NCBI GenBank assembly: GCA_964586355.1 | Contig: CAZPGO010000011.1 | Location: forward strand, 6,634 to 70,633 | DNA from: an uncultured archaeon | GTDB lineage: Archaea > Iainarchaeota > Iainarchaeia > Iainarchaeales > CSSED10-239 | Length of the DNA: 64,000 nt | Direction: 5' to 3' | Shown here: in pieces, positions 28,261 to 36,679 of the stretch | Layout of the letters: every line of letters starts with the position of its first letter | How positions within the stretch are numbered: the first letter of the stretch is position 1 | Program-made: the position numbers and the translations under genes | Notes under the pieces: generated by a model | Databases searched by the model: none | What the model was told of the DNA's origin: nothing | What the model saw: only the letters and a program-made list of their open reading frames with translations

Positions 28261-28998
28261 ATGTGTGCTGCACTTGAAAATTTTATAAAAGATGCTTTTT
28301 GTAATTCTTTTACAGATTCTTCAGAAATTAGAAATCAAAAATATGAAGAGTGTTTTTCATATTTAGGAAATCAAAATAATCCACCAGATGTAATTATAAA
28401 AAACTGGGATGCAATTGAAATAAAAAAAATTGAAAGCAAAAATCTATCGGATTTAGCATTAAATAGTTCTTATCCCAAATCAAAATTATTTTCTGATTCT
28501 CCAATGATAACTTCAGAATGTAAAAATTGTGAAGAGTGGTTAAGTAAAGATGTTCTTTATGTTGTTGGAAATATAAAAGAAAATAAAATAGCCACATTGA
28601 TTTTTATATATGGAGATTGTTATGCTGCCGATAAAGAAATTTATGAAAGAATAAAATCCACAGTTATTGATAATATAAAATCTAAACTTGAATATTCTAA
28701 AACAAATGAACTGGGTAGAATTAACAGAGTGGATCCCTTGGGTATAACAAATTTAAGAATAAGAGGAGTGTGGACTATTCAACACCCATTAAAAGTTTAT
28801 AGTGATGTCTTAAAAATTATAGATACAAAATTTCAATTATTTGTATTAATGAAACAAGAAAAATATTTGTCATTTCCAAAAGATGATAGAAATAATATAG
28901 AGCGAGAAAAAAATATAATTTTAGAAAACATAAAAATTCCAAATCCAAATAACCCGGCTAAATTAATAGAATGTAAGATAATAAAGGTGGTAAAATGA
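28261..28998 (+). CDS. type II restriction endonuclease (NgoPII/HaeIII-partner-like), longest uninterrupted part
   Basis: Overlaps the downstream m5C methyltransferase by 4 nt. Segments PPDVIIKNWDAIEIKKIES and RINRVDPLGITNLRIRGVW look like a PD-(D/E)xK-type REase. The true start is probably ATG 28165, interrupted by TAA 28171. Confidence 0.6.
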   Translation: MCAALENFIKDAFCNSFTDSSEIRNQKYEECFSYLGNQNNPPDVIIKNWDAIEIKKIESKNLSDLALNSSYPKSKLFSDSPMITSECKNCEEWLSKDVLYVVGNIKENKIATLIFIYGDCYAADKEIYERIKSTVIDNIKSKLEYSKTNELGRINRVDPLGITNLRIRGVWTIQHPLKVYSDVLKIIDTKFQLFVLMKQEKYLSFPKDDRNNIEREKNIILENIKIPNPNNPAKLIECKIIKVVK

Positions 28999-29990
28999 AA
29001 ATCGCCTCTTTTTTTTCTGGTGCTGGGGGGTTAGATTTAGGATTTTCTAATGCTGGATTTAAATTAGTTTTTGCAAATGATAATTGGTCTGGATGTTGGG
29101 ATACTTTTGAGAGAAATCACAAACTAAAAATCTATAAAAAATCAATAACAGAAATTAAAGCTCACGAAATCCCGAATGTGATTGGCTTTATAGGTGGTCC
29201 ACCATGCCAAAGTTGGAGTTTGGCGGGAGCTATGCGTGGAATAGAAGATGATAGAGGTAAATTGTTTTACAATTATATTGAATTGATAAAAGAAAAAAAA
29301 CCAGCATTTTTTTTAGCAGAAAATGTAGCCGGTATATTGTCTGAAAAACAATATACAGAATTTAAAAAAATCATTTCTAAATTTAAAGAAATTGGATATA
29401 ATGTAGTATATAAATTAGTTAATGCAAAAGATTATGGTGTTCCACAAGATAGAGAGAGAGTGATAATTGTAGGTTATCATCACAAATTAAATAAAACTTT
29501 TGAATTCCCAGATCCGTTAAAATGTGATGTGACTTTAGAGAATACTATTAGTGATTTGCCACAACCCATTCCAGCAAAAGAAAAGAATTATGCAAATAAT
29601 AATTTAGAAATTCCAAATCACGAATATTTTATTGGTGATTTTTCTAAGATATATATGTCTAGAAATAGAGTGAGATCCTGGGGAGAAGTGTCACACACCA
29701 TTCAAGCAGGAGCCAGGCATACACCAATTCCTCCACAAGCCCCGAAGATGAGATTTGTATCTCAAAATGAAAGAGAATTTGTTAAAGGAAAAGAAAAACT
29801 ATATCGCAGATTATCTGTAAGAGAGTGTGCGAGAATACAAACATTTCCTGATAATTTTATGTTTTATTATAATAATGTTTCAGATGGATATAAACTGATT
29901 GGAAATGCTGTGCCAGTTAAACTAGCAGAAGTTATTGCAAATAAAATTAGAAGAGATCTAGATAAAAATTTGATTCAAGATCATTTCTAA
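28995..29990 (+). CDS. DNA (cytosine-5)-methyltransferase, M.HaeIII/M.NgoPII-like
   Basis: Motif I FFSGAGGLDLGF, IV GGPPCQSWS, VI ENV, VIII QDRERV, IX RRLSVRECARIQTFPD, X GNAVPV. Collinear with my recollection of M.HaeIII. Confidence 0.95.
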   Translation: MKIASFFSGAGGLDLGFSNAGFKLVFANDNWSGCWDTFERNHKLKIYKKSITEIKAHEIPNVIGFIGGPPCQSWSLAGAMRGIEDDRGKLFYNYIELIKEKKPAFFLAENVAGILSEKQYTEFKKIISKFKEIGYNVVYKLVNAKDYGVPQDRERVIIVGYHHKLNKTFEFPDPLKCDVTLENTISDLPQPIPAKEKNYANNNLEIPNHEYFIGDFSKIYMSRNRVRSWGEVSHTIQAGARHTPIPPQAPKMRFVSQNEREFVKGKEKLYRRLSVRECARIQTFPDNFMFYYNNVSDGYKLIGNAVPVKLAEVIANKIRRDLDKNLIQDHF

Positions 29991-30034
29991 ATATTGAATA
30001 TGTTGATTAAGATAAAACATCTAATTGTTATTAA

Positions 30035-30901
30035 TTATTTTCTTTTCAGATCCAATCCAAAAGCATGAACAAATTTACCATATTTGTCATCTGGTTGGTA
30101 ATATCTAGATCTATCTTTGTATTCTAATATTTTTTTTATTTTTTTATCGATAGGATCTTTACTAATAATTCCAGGTCCTCCAAGACAACCACCTTCACAA
30201 AAAAGAGCATCCACAAATCTAAATTTTTTAAATTCTTTAAAATCTTTTATTGCTAAATCTATGTTTTTAGGCCCATCACAAACAATAATTTCTTCTTTTT
30301 GTAATACTTGTTTGTTTAACATACTTTCTGCAACACCACCACTAATAGGGTATATTTTTGTTATGTCATTATAAAATTTATCAATTTCTTTATTTTCTAA
30401 AGTATCTTCAATTATTTTAAGAGAATTATTTTCTTCTAAATATTTGTAGATCTCACAAAGCTCTTTAAAAGTTATAGCAAAATCCACACACTCAGAATTC
30501 TCTTTTGCTTCTTGTTTTTTTGCAATACAGGGTCCAACAAAAATAGTTTTATAATCTTTCCCAAATTCTCTTTTAACAAATCTTGCCATAACAACCATTG
30601 GAGAAGCTACATCAATAAAATTTTCTTTTAGTTCTGGAAATTTATTCTCAATATATCTTACTAATGCAGGACAATTTGGGCAGATGTATTGTTTTTCTGG
30701 ATTGTTTTTTAATATCTCAATATATTTATAATTTATTAATTTTGCAGCATAGGTTAACTCAACAATTTTACTAAAACCTATAGCTCTAAGATCTAAAACA
30801 ATTTCAGGAAAAGAAAAATCAACTGGAAAACTTGGTGCTAATAGGCAAATAGTTTTTTCTTTTTTTAGAGTATCTATTACTTGTAATAGTTCATCATTCA
30901 T
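30035..30901 (-). CDS. minimal [FeFe]-hydrogenase-like protein (H-domain only)
   Basis: Fe_hyd_lg_C-like segments: LLAPSFPVDF, CPNCPALVRYIENKFPEL, GPCIAKKQEA (PCxxKxxE), FCEGGCLGGPG. Only 288 aa. Confidence 0.7.
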   Translation of the reverse strand: MNDELLQVIDTLKKEKTICLLAPSFPVDFSFPEIVLDLRAIGFSKIVELTYAAKLINYKYIEILKNNPEKQYICPNCPALVRYIENKFPELKENFIDVASPMVVMARFVKREFGKDYKTIFVGPCIAKKQEAKENSECVDFAITFKELCEIYKYLEENNSLKIIEDTLENKEIDKFYNDITKIYPISGGVAESMLNKQVLQKEEIIVCDGPKNIDLAIKDFKEFKKFRFVDALFCEGGCLGGPGIISKDPIDKKIKKILEYKDRSRYYQPDDKYGKFVHAFGLDLKRK

Positions 30902-31903
30902 TTAGACTCTTTCTTTTTCTTTATCTGTTAATATAAAATTTTTATATTTGCTATTTTTGTTTTTCAACAAGACAATCCTAGAAGGTTTACATTCGTCAAC
31001 AATTTTAAACTTAGTTGAATTATCTTCAATAAGTTTTGCAAAATCATAACATTCTTTATGTGAGGGCATGTTATCTAATGTTAATGTTTTTCTAGAATAT
31101 CCTAAAAACATATATGCTTTTACTTCTAAAAAATCAGTATCTGTTTTTTCAAAAAGTTTTATATATTCTTTTAATAAAGAGGCATCATCATTTAGTCCTT
31201 TTATTAATGTAAATCTAACAACTCTTCTAGTATTAATATCTTTATACATAGAAATAGTCTTTTGTAAATTTTTCCAACCCTCTTTTATTTTTGGTCTGTT
31301 AATTTTAAGATAAAGATCTTCTGTTGGTGCATCCACAGACAAATATAATTGAGTTGGTAGTGCATTTTTATCTTGAAGTTTTTTAAGCATTTTTGGTTCT
31401 TGCCCATTTGTTACTAAAAAAACACTTTTCATTTGTTTTAAGCTTTTAAGATAAATAATCATTTCATCCAATCTTGGATAAAGAGTGGGTTCTCCAGACA
31501 AAGAGATTGCTACATGACTAGGGACCTGTGCTTCTTTAAACTTTTTTTTATCTAGATTTTTATAACCACCAAATCCACTTAGTAATTTATTTCTTTCAAT
31601 AAATAGTCCATCAATAATCTCTTTAGGATCATCAACAAAATCAATATCTAATTTAGGTGTGTCCATATACTGCGCAGGTCTCCAACAAAAAGTGCAATTT
31701 TGGTGACACCATAAAACAGCGGGGGTTATTTGTGCACAGCGATGGCAATTAATATTATAGAAATGTTCTTTATAACAAACACCTTCTTTTCTAAGTGCTT
31801 TTTTATTCCAGGTACAAATTTCTACAGCTGAATGTTTTCCAAATATTCCATATTGTTTATGTTTTAGATCAGCAATAATTTCTTTATTTATTTCTTTAGT
31901 CAT
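30902..31903 (-). CDS. taw1: tRNA 4-demethylwyosine synthase (Taw1/TYW1), radical SAM
   Basis: Radical-SAM CHQNCTFCW plus the upstream Cys cluster; 333 aa. Confidence 0.85.
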   Translation of the reverse strand: MTKEINKEIIADLKHKQYGIFGKHSAVEICTWNKKALRKEGVCYKEHFYNINCHRCAQITPAVLWCHQNCTFCWRPAQYMDTPKLDIDFVDDPKEIIDGLFIERNKLLSGFGGYKNLDKKKFKEAQVPSHVAISLSGEPTLYPRLDEMIIYLKSLKQMKSVFLVTNGQEPKMLKKLQDKNALPTQLYLSVDAPTEDLYLKINRPKIKEGWKNLQKTISMYKDINTRRVVRFTLIKGLNDDASLLKEYIKLFEKTDTDFLEVKAYMFLGYSRKTLTLDNMPSHKECYDFAKLIEDNSTKFKIVDECKPSRIVLLKNKNSKYKNFILTDKEKERV

Positions 31904-32026
31904 ATATATCTTTAAGATAGGGCTATATTTATAAATACTTTTATTTATAAAATATTAGTAAATATAAAAAGTATTAATACTAAAAAAATACTGTTTTTAA
32001 AAATATTTTAATAAAGGTGGTTCGTT

Positions 32027-33478
32027 TTGAAAAAAATAAATACTAAAAAAGCAACTAACAAACCAGTAGGTAAAAAAACCTCTGCAAAAGTTGCTTCTAA
32101 AAATAAAAAAACAATTAAAAAACCAGTAAATAAAGCGGTTGTTAAGAGTACTTCCAAACAAACAGCTGTTGTTAAAAAGCCAATAACTACAAAAAAAACA
32201 AAAAAGTTTAACAAAGATATACTTTTAATTATTCTACTTTCAGTAATTGTTCTTGGAATTATTGTTAGTGTTGTTTTAACAACTCCAAAGAATTTTGAAG
32301 ATTCAGATTTAAGTGATTATGATAATCTAATTGATGAAAATGCATTAGATGTTAATATTACCCCACAACAAGATCCAAAAGAGCAAAGACTTACAGAAAT
32401 TCAAGAAGAAGCACAAGAGCTTTCTTTACTAATGGCAAATGAAATCAAAGAATCACAATTAGAAGTTTTTGAAAATTGGTATGAAGAGTTAGATGTAAAT
32501 AAAGAAGAAATGGATTCTTGTTTAGAGAGAAATAATTACTTAAATCAAGACTTAGATTTTGAACAAGCAAAAATTTTAGATAAAATAGGAATGGATTTCT
32601 ATTTAGCTCAATCTACTGGTATATTAGGAACTCCTGCAACATTTATAAATAGTTTTTTCATATCTGGTTATCTTGACATTGATGAGTTTTCAGAGATCTA
32701 TGATGTTGCAGTTTCTGAAGAAATTCCTGATATAAATTTTGAATCAGAAAGTACTTTTACTATAGATGTAAATAAAGATCCAAAACTAAATATAATTTAT
32801 AATCAAAACTATGCAAAAACAGATCAAACCATAGAATTACTAAAACAAAATTCTGAAAATACTTTTTTTAAAGAATTATTTGATGAATTAGAATTAAATA
32901 AAATAGATTATAAAACAGAAGATGCTCAAGAGATACTAAAAAAAGCAGGAGCTACATTTTTGCCTTTATTCTATATCGAAGGAAATATAGAGGATTTAAA
33001 TATTTCAAAAAAAGAAGACTTTGACTCATTGTTCTATGAACTAGAAGAAGGATTCTATGTTTTAAATCCACAAACAACAGGCATAAGCCAAAATCTTTTA
33101 TACAAGGATTTTTTAGTTGAAGATGATTATATGATTGGAGACTCTAACCTTACAAATACAATAATGATCTTTACAGATTATAGTTGTGGATATTCAAAAA
33201 TGTTTGAGACACAGATGCTTCCACAAATATTAACAAACTATATTGACACCAACAAATCTAAGTTAATTATAAAAGATCTTCCATTAAATCAAGAAGTTTC
33301 CTTATTTCCAGCAATATTTGCTAGATGTGCTCAAGCACAAGGTAATTTTTTGGACACACATATGAAATTATTTGAAGAAAGTAATTCTTATACAACTTCA
33401 ATAATTGAGAGTATAAGAACCAAATATACTCCCCAATTAACTGCTTTAGAAGAGGAGTATAACAATTTATTAGAATAA
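32027..33478 (+). CDS. membrane-anchored DsbA-like thioredoxin-fold protein
   Basis: TTG start after AAGGTGG. Lys-rich N-terminus, one TM helix, GILGTPATFINSFFISGY (DsbA C-terminal half), then FTDYSCGYSKMF (CxxS active-site-like). Confidence 0.5.
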   Translation: MKKINTKKATNKPVGKKTSAKVASKNKKTIKKPVNKAVVKSTSKQTAVVKKPITTKKTKKFNKDILLIILLSVIVLGIIVSVVLTTPKNFEDSDLSDYDNLIDENALDVNITPQQDPKEQRLTEIQEEAQELSLLMANEIKESQLEVFENWYEELDVNKEEMDSCLERNNYLNQDLDFEQAKILDKIGMDFYLAQSTGILGTPATFINSFFISGYLDIDEFSEIYDVAVSEEIPDINFESESTFTIDVNKDPKLNIIYNQNYAKTDQTIELLKQNSENTFFKELFDELELNKIDYKTEDAQEILKKAGATFLPLFYIEGNIEDLNISKKEDFDSLFYELEEGFYVLNPQTTGISQNLLYKDFLVEDDYMIGDSNLTNTIMIFTDYSCGYSKMFETQMLPQILTNYIDTNKSKLIIKDLPLNQEVSLFPAIFARCAQAQGNFLDTHMKLFEESNSYTTSIIESIRTKYTPQLTALEEEYNNLLE

Positions 33479-33541
33479 TTTCTTTTTTCTCTTTTTATTA
33501 TATATTTATTAATATTTCTAAAAATATATTATATATCTAAA

Positions 33542-33617
33542 GGGTCCGTGGCCTAGTGGATAGGGCAACAGCCTTCTAAGCTGTGGGTCGAGGGTTCGAA
33601 TCCCTCCGGACTCGCCA
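33542..33617 (+). tRNA. tRNA-Arg (TCT), genomically encoded CCA
   Basis: Acceptor gggtccg/cggactc, anticodon stem acagc/gctgt, loop cTTCTaa, T-arm gaggg-ttcgaat-ccctc, then g-cca. Confidence 0.9.
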
Positions 33618-33640
33618 TTAATTTTTTTAGTTGATTACTT

Positions 33641-35356
33641 ATGAACTTTAAAGAAGAGTTTGCAAAATTATTAAAAAATTCATTTTTAGATTCTACTAAT
33701 TTAGATCTAGAAAATATAATTAACAATATAACTAGACCGCCAAGTATAGAGCTAGGCAACTATTGTTATCCTGTGTTTGTTTTAAGTAAAAGCTATAAAC
33801 TTCCACCAAATGAAATAGCTAAACAGATATTAGAAAATCTAAATAAGCAAAAACAAAACATATTCAAGTTTTCCTTTGTTTCAGGCTATATAAACGCAAC
33901 AATAGAAGATTTTGTTTTTACAAAAGAAATTATTGCCAAAATCCTAGAAAAAGGAACAAATTATGGAAAAGTAACAAATTCTAAAAAAACAGAATATGTA
34001 ATAGATACATTTAATGTAAATCCATTAAAAGCACTACACATTGGTCATTTAAGAAATGCAGTAACAGGCCAAGCAGTCTCAAAATTATTAGAGTATACTG
34101 GAGATCAACCAATAGCTATTTCTTATGGTGGAGATGTAGGCACACATGTTGCTAAATTTTATTGGTATTATACTAAGTTTTTAGAAAACAAAACAATTCC
34201 AAAAGAAGATGTTTCAAGATGGTTTGGTAATATTTATATTTCTGCAACAAAATTATTATCAGAAAAACCAGAATATAAAGAAGAGATAGATCTAATACAA
34301 TCAAAACTATTGGTTGATGAAAAACTAAAAGAAGAAATAAAAGTTTTAGCAAACTATTCAAAAAGAGCAAACCAAAAAATAGCAGAAGAATTGAATCTAA
34401 ATCTAAAAGAAAACATATATGAAAGCCAATCTGAAAGCAAATTTTTAGAGATTAAAGAAAAACTTTTTTTGAATCATAAAGAGGTTTTTACAGAAAGTGA
34501 TGGTGCTATTATTTGTGATCTTTCTGATTATAAATTAGGTGTTTTAGTTTTAATCAAAAATAATAATGCTCCACTTTATGCCTCCAAAGATATTGGCTTA
34601 GTAAAAATAAAAAAAAAACTATTTCCAACAGCAAATCATTTCTTGTATGTTGTGGGTAGTGAGCAAGAACATTATTTTAAACAATTATTTAAGTTATTTT
34701 CCTTTATTTACCCAAATACAAATCATCAGCATATCTCTCACGGGTTAGTAAATTTAAGTTCAGGAAAAATGGCCTCTCGTGAAGGTGGTTCAGTTCTTTA
34801 TGAGGATTTTAGAGATTCTCTTGACAAAAAAACAAAAAGTATTTTAGAAGAAAACAATCTAGAAATAGATCAAGATATTATTGATGCTATTTCTTTTGGA
34901 ACCATAAAATTTGAAATGTTAAAAGTTAATTTAAATAAAACCATTGTTTTTGATATTAATAAAGCCCTAGATCTAAACGGAGATTCTGCAGTATATATTC
35001 AATACACTGGAGTGAGAGCAAAAAGCATTTTTAAAAAATCAGAAGAAGATGTATCTCTAAAAGATCTTGATTTATTAACAACTACAGCTCTTGAAAAAGA
35101 GGAAAAAATATTATTAAACCTTCTCTCTTCATTAAAAGAAAAAATATTATTAGCAAGAAAAGATTATAGACCAAGTGTTATTGCAAACTATCTTTTAGAT
35201 CTCTCACATGCTTTTAACAAATTTTATTCTTCTTGTCAAGTTTTACATTCTGATAAAAACATTAAACTTAAAAGACTATTAATAACAAGAGCATATCTAA
35301 TAACCCTAAATAATGCTTGTGATATTTTAGGCATAAAGATACCAGAAAGGATGTAA
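33641..35356 (+). CDS. argS: arginyl-tRNA synthetase
   Basis: Class I HIGH motif (PLKALHIGHLRN), DALR-type anticodon-binding C-terminus; 571 aa. Confidence 0.9.
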   Translation: MNFKEEFAKLLKNSFLDSTNLDLENIINNITRPPSIELGNYCYPVFVLSKSYKLPPNEIAKQILENLNKQKQNIFKFSFVSGYINATIEDFVFTKEIIAKILEKGTNYGKVTNSKKTEYVIDTFNVNPLKALHIGHLRNAVTGQAVSKLLEYTGDQPIAISYGGDVGTHVAKFYWYYTKFLENKTIPKEDVSRWFGNIYISATKLLSEKPEYKEEIDLIQSKLLVDEKLKEEIKVLANYSKRANQKIAEELNLNLKENIYESQSESKFLEIKEKLFLNHKEVFTESDGAIICDLSDYKLGVLVLIKNNNAPLYASKDIGLVKIKKKLFPTANHFLYVVGSEQEHYFKQLFKLFSFIYPNTNHQHISHGLVNLSSGKMASREGGSVLYEDFRDSLDKKTKSILEENNLEIDQDIIDAISFGTIKFEMLKVNLNKTIVFDINKALDLNGDSAVYIQYTGVRAKSIFKKSEEDVSLKDLDLLTTTALEKEEKILLNLLSSLKEKILLARKDYRPSVIANYLLDLSHAFNKFYSSCQVLHSDKNIKLKRLLITRAYLITLNNACDILGIKIPERM

Positions 35357-35360
35357 GAGT

Positions 35361-35957
35361 ATGAATTTTGAATTAGTAAATATAGAGTGTTATGATGTTT
35401 TTAAAAAAGAACTAAAAGAGATAGGCATAGAGGATATTTTTTTTTATAAAAAAATTTTTAAAAAAGAAGATTTTCTAATAGATTTCAATTTAAAAAATAG
35501 CAACTCTTCAAAAATATTTTTATTAGAGGATATTAATTTAGTTAATTTTGCACCAAGTAATTCTTTATTAGTATTTAAAGCAGAAAAAAGTTCTGATCTT
35601 TTTTTAGCAATAAAAAATAAAAAAATAAAAGCAATAGTTCATCCAATAGGAAATGATCTTATATTTGATGAGGCTTCTGCAAATTTATTAAAAGAGAATA
35701 ACAAACCTGTTATTTTTAATTTTTCTGAATTTAAAAAAAACACCTATAAATCCATAAAGCAGTCACAATTTATTATAGATCTTTTGTTAAAAAAACAAAT
35801 TCCTTTTTTCTTTCTTAGTTTTGCAGAAAAAAAGAATGATGTTATTCAACCAATTATTTTAGAGAATTTTTTAAAAAACTTTAATTTAAATGCAGAATTT
35901 ATAAAAAAACAAATGCAAAAAGAAACTTTTGAAAAAACATGCCTAAACAAAAAATAA
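35361..35957 (+). CDS. rnp3: probable RNase P protein component 3 (Rpp30-like)
   Basis: Position immediately upstream of Pop5 in the exosome superoperon. The C-terminal IPFFFLSFAEKKNDVIQP resembles the Rpp30 SSGA region. Sequence is divergent. Confidence 0.45.
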   Translation: MNFELVNIECYDVFKKELKEIGIEDIFFYKKIFKKEDFLIDFNLKNSNSSKIFLLEDINLVNFAPSNSLLVFKAEKSSDLFLAIKNKKIKAIVHPIGNDLIFDEASANLLKENNKPVIFNFSEFKKNTYKSIKQSQFIIDLLLKKQIPFFFLSFAEKKNDVIQPIILENFLKNFNLNAEFIKKQMQKETFEKTCLNKK

Positions 35958-36271
35958 ATGTTATTAGACCAACATTAAGACATAAGAAAAGATATGTTAC
36001 TTTAAAGTTCATTAATCCAATTATAGATCTAGATAAGCAAAAAATCTTTTGTGCACTTTACAAATCTTTGCAAAAATCTAATGGTATTTTTGTACAGATC
36101 TCAACAAACATTACTGTCTTAGAATATGATTTTGAAAACAAAACTGCACTAATAAGAATAAACAAAGAATATTTATCAGAATTTTTGGGATCTTTGTTCT
36201 TTTTAGATGGCGATTATGGTATTATTAAGATAATTTCTGTTGATTCAACCATAAAACAAGCCAACAAATAG
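35939..36271 (+). CDS. rnp2: RNase P protein component 2 (Pop5-like)
   Basis: N-terminal RPTLRHKKRYVTLKF is the Pop5 signature; 110 aa. Confidence 0.7.
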   Translation: MPKQKINVIRPTLRHKKRYVTLKFINPIIDLDKQKIFCALYKSLQKSNGIFVQISTNITVLEYDFENKTALIRINKEYLSEFLGSLFFLDGDYGIIKIISVDSTIKQANK

Positions 36272-36301
36272 TTTTTATAAAGTTTGTATGTTTATTTTTT
36301 T

Positions 36302-36616
36302 GTGTTTTTAAGATATAAATCTGTATCTCCATTGATCGCAACGATTCTATTAATAGTTGTCTCTGTAATTATAGTTACTATTGTTTTAACCTGGGGCAAA
36401 GGTTTTGTAACAGATTCTTTTTCTCAAACAGATTCTTTTAGTATTCAAAAAAATCTTAAAAATCTAGAGTTTATTAAATTTAAAAATGGAATAAATGGAA
36501 GATTCTTTTTTGATTATTATCCACCCAAAAATAAAGATCTAAATTTTACTGTTGTTAGCTACGCTTATAATGATTATCCTTTAGTTCCATTAGAGCCAGA
36601 AAAAACCATTTCTTAA
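36302..36616 (+). CDS. type IV pilin-like N-terminal module (class III signal peptide), ends at in-frame TAA
   Basis: A GTG 36302 start gives MFLRYKS/VSPLIATILLIVVSVIIVTIVLTWGKGF, parallel to ORF 23292. The ORF track uses TTG 36284. Confidence 0.6.
   Translation: MFLRYKSVSPLIATILLIVVSVIIVTIVLTWGKGFVTDSFSQTDSFSIQKNLKNLEFIKFKNGINGRFFFDYYPPKNKDLNFTVVSYAYNDYPLVPLEPEKTIS
36320..36406 (+). repeat. pilin N-terminal module, copy 2 (paralogous to 23307..23393)
   Basis: 24 of 29 aa identical to copy 1, with conserved nucleotide strings. Confidence 0.8.
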
Positions 36617-36679
36617 ATTGGCACTTTTTATTTAGATCTTGGTGTTGTTGATACTGGCCCTTTTATTATTAATCTTGTT

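Noticed and set aside
33571-33580. At first glance the tRNA at 33542 seems to have CTA in its anticodon loop, which would make it an amber suppressor.
   Set aside because: Folding with the stem acagc/gctgt gives the loop c-t-TCT-a-a with U33 in place. The anticodon is therefore TCT (Arg) and not CTA.
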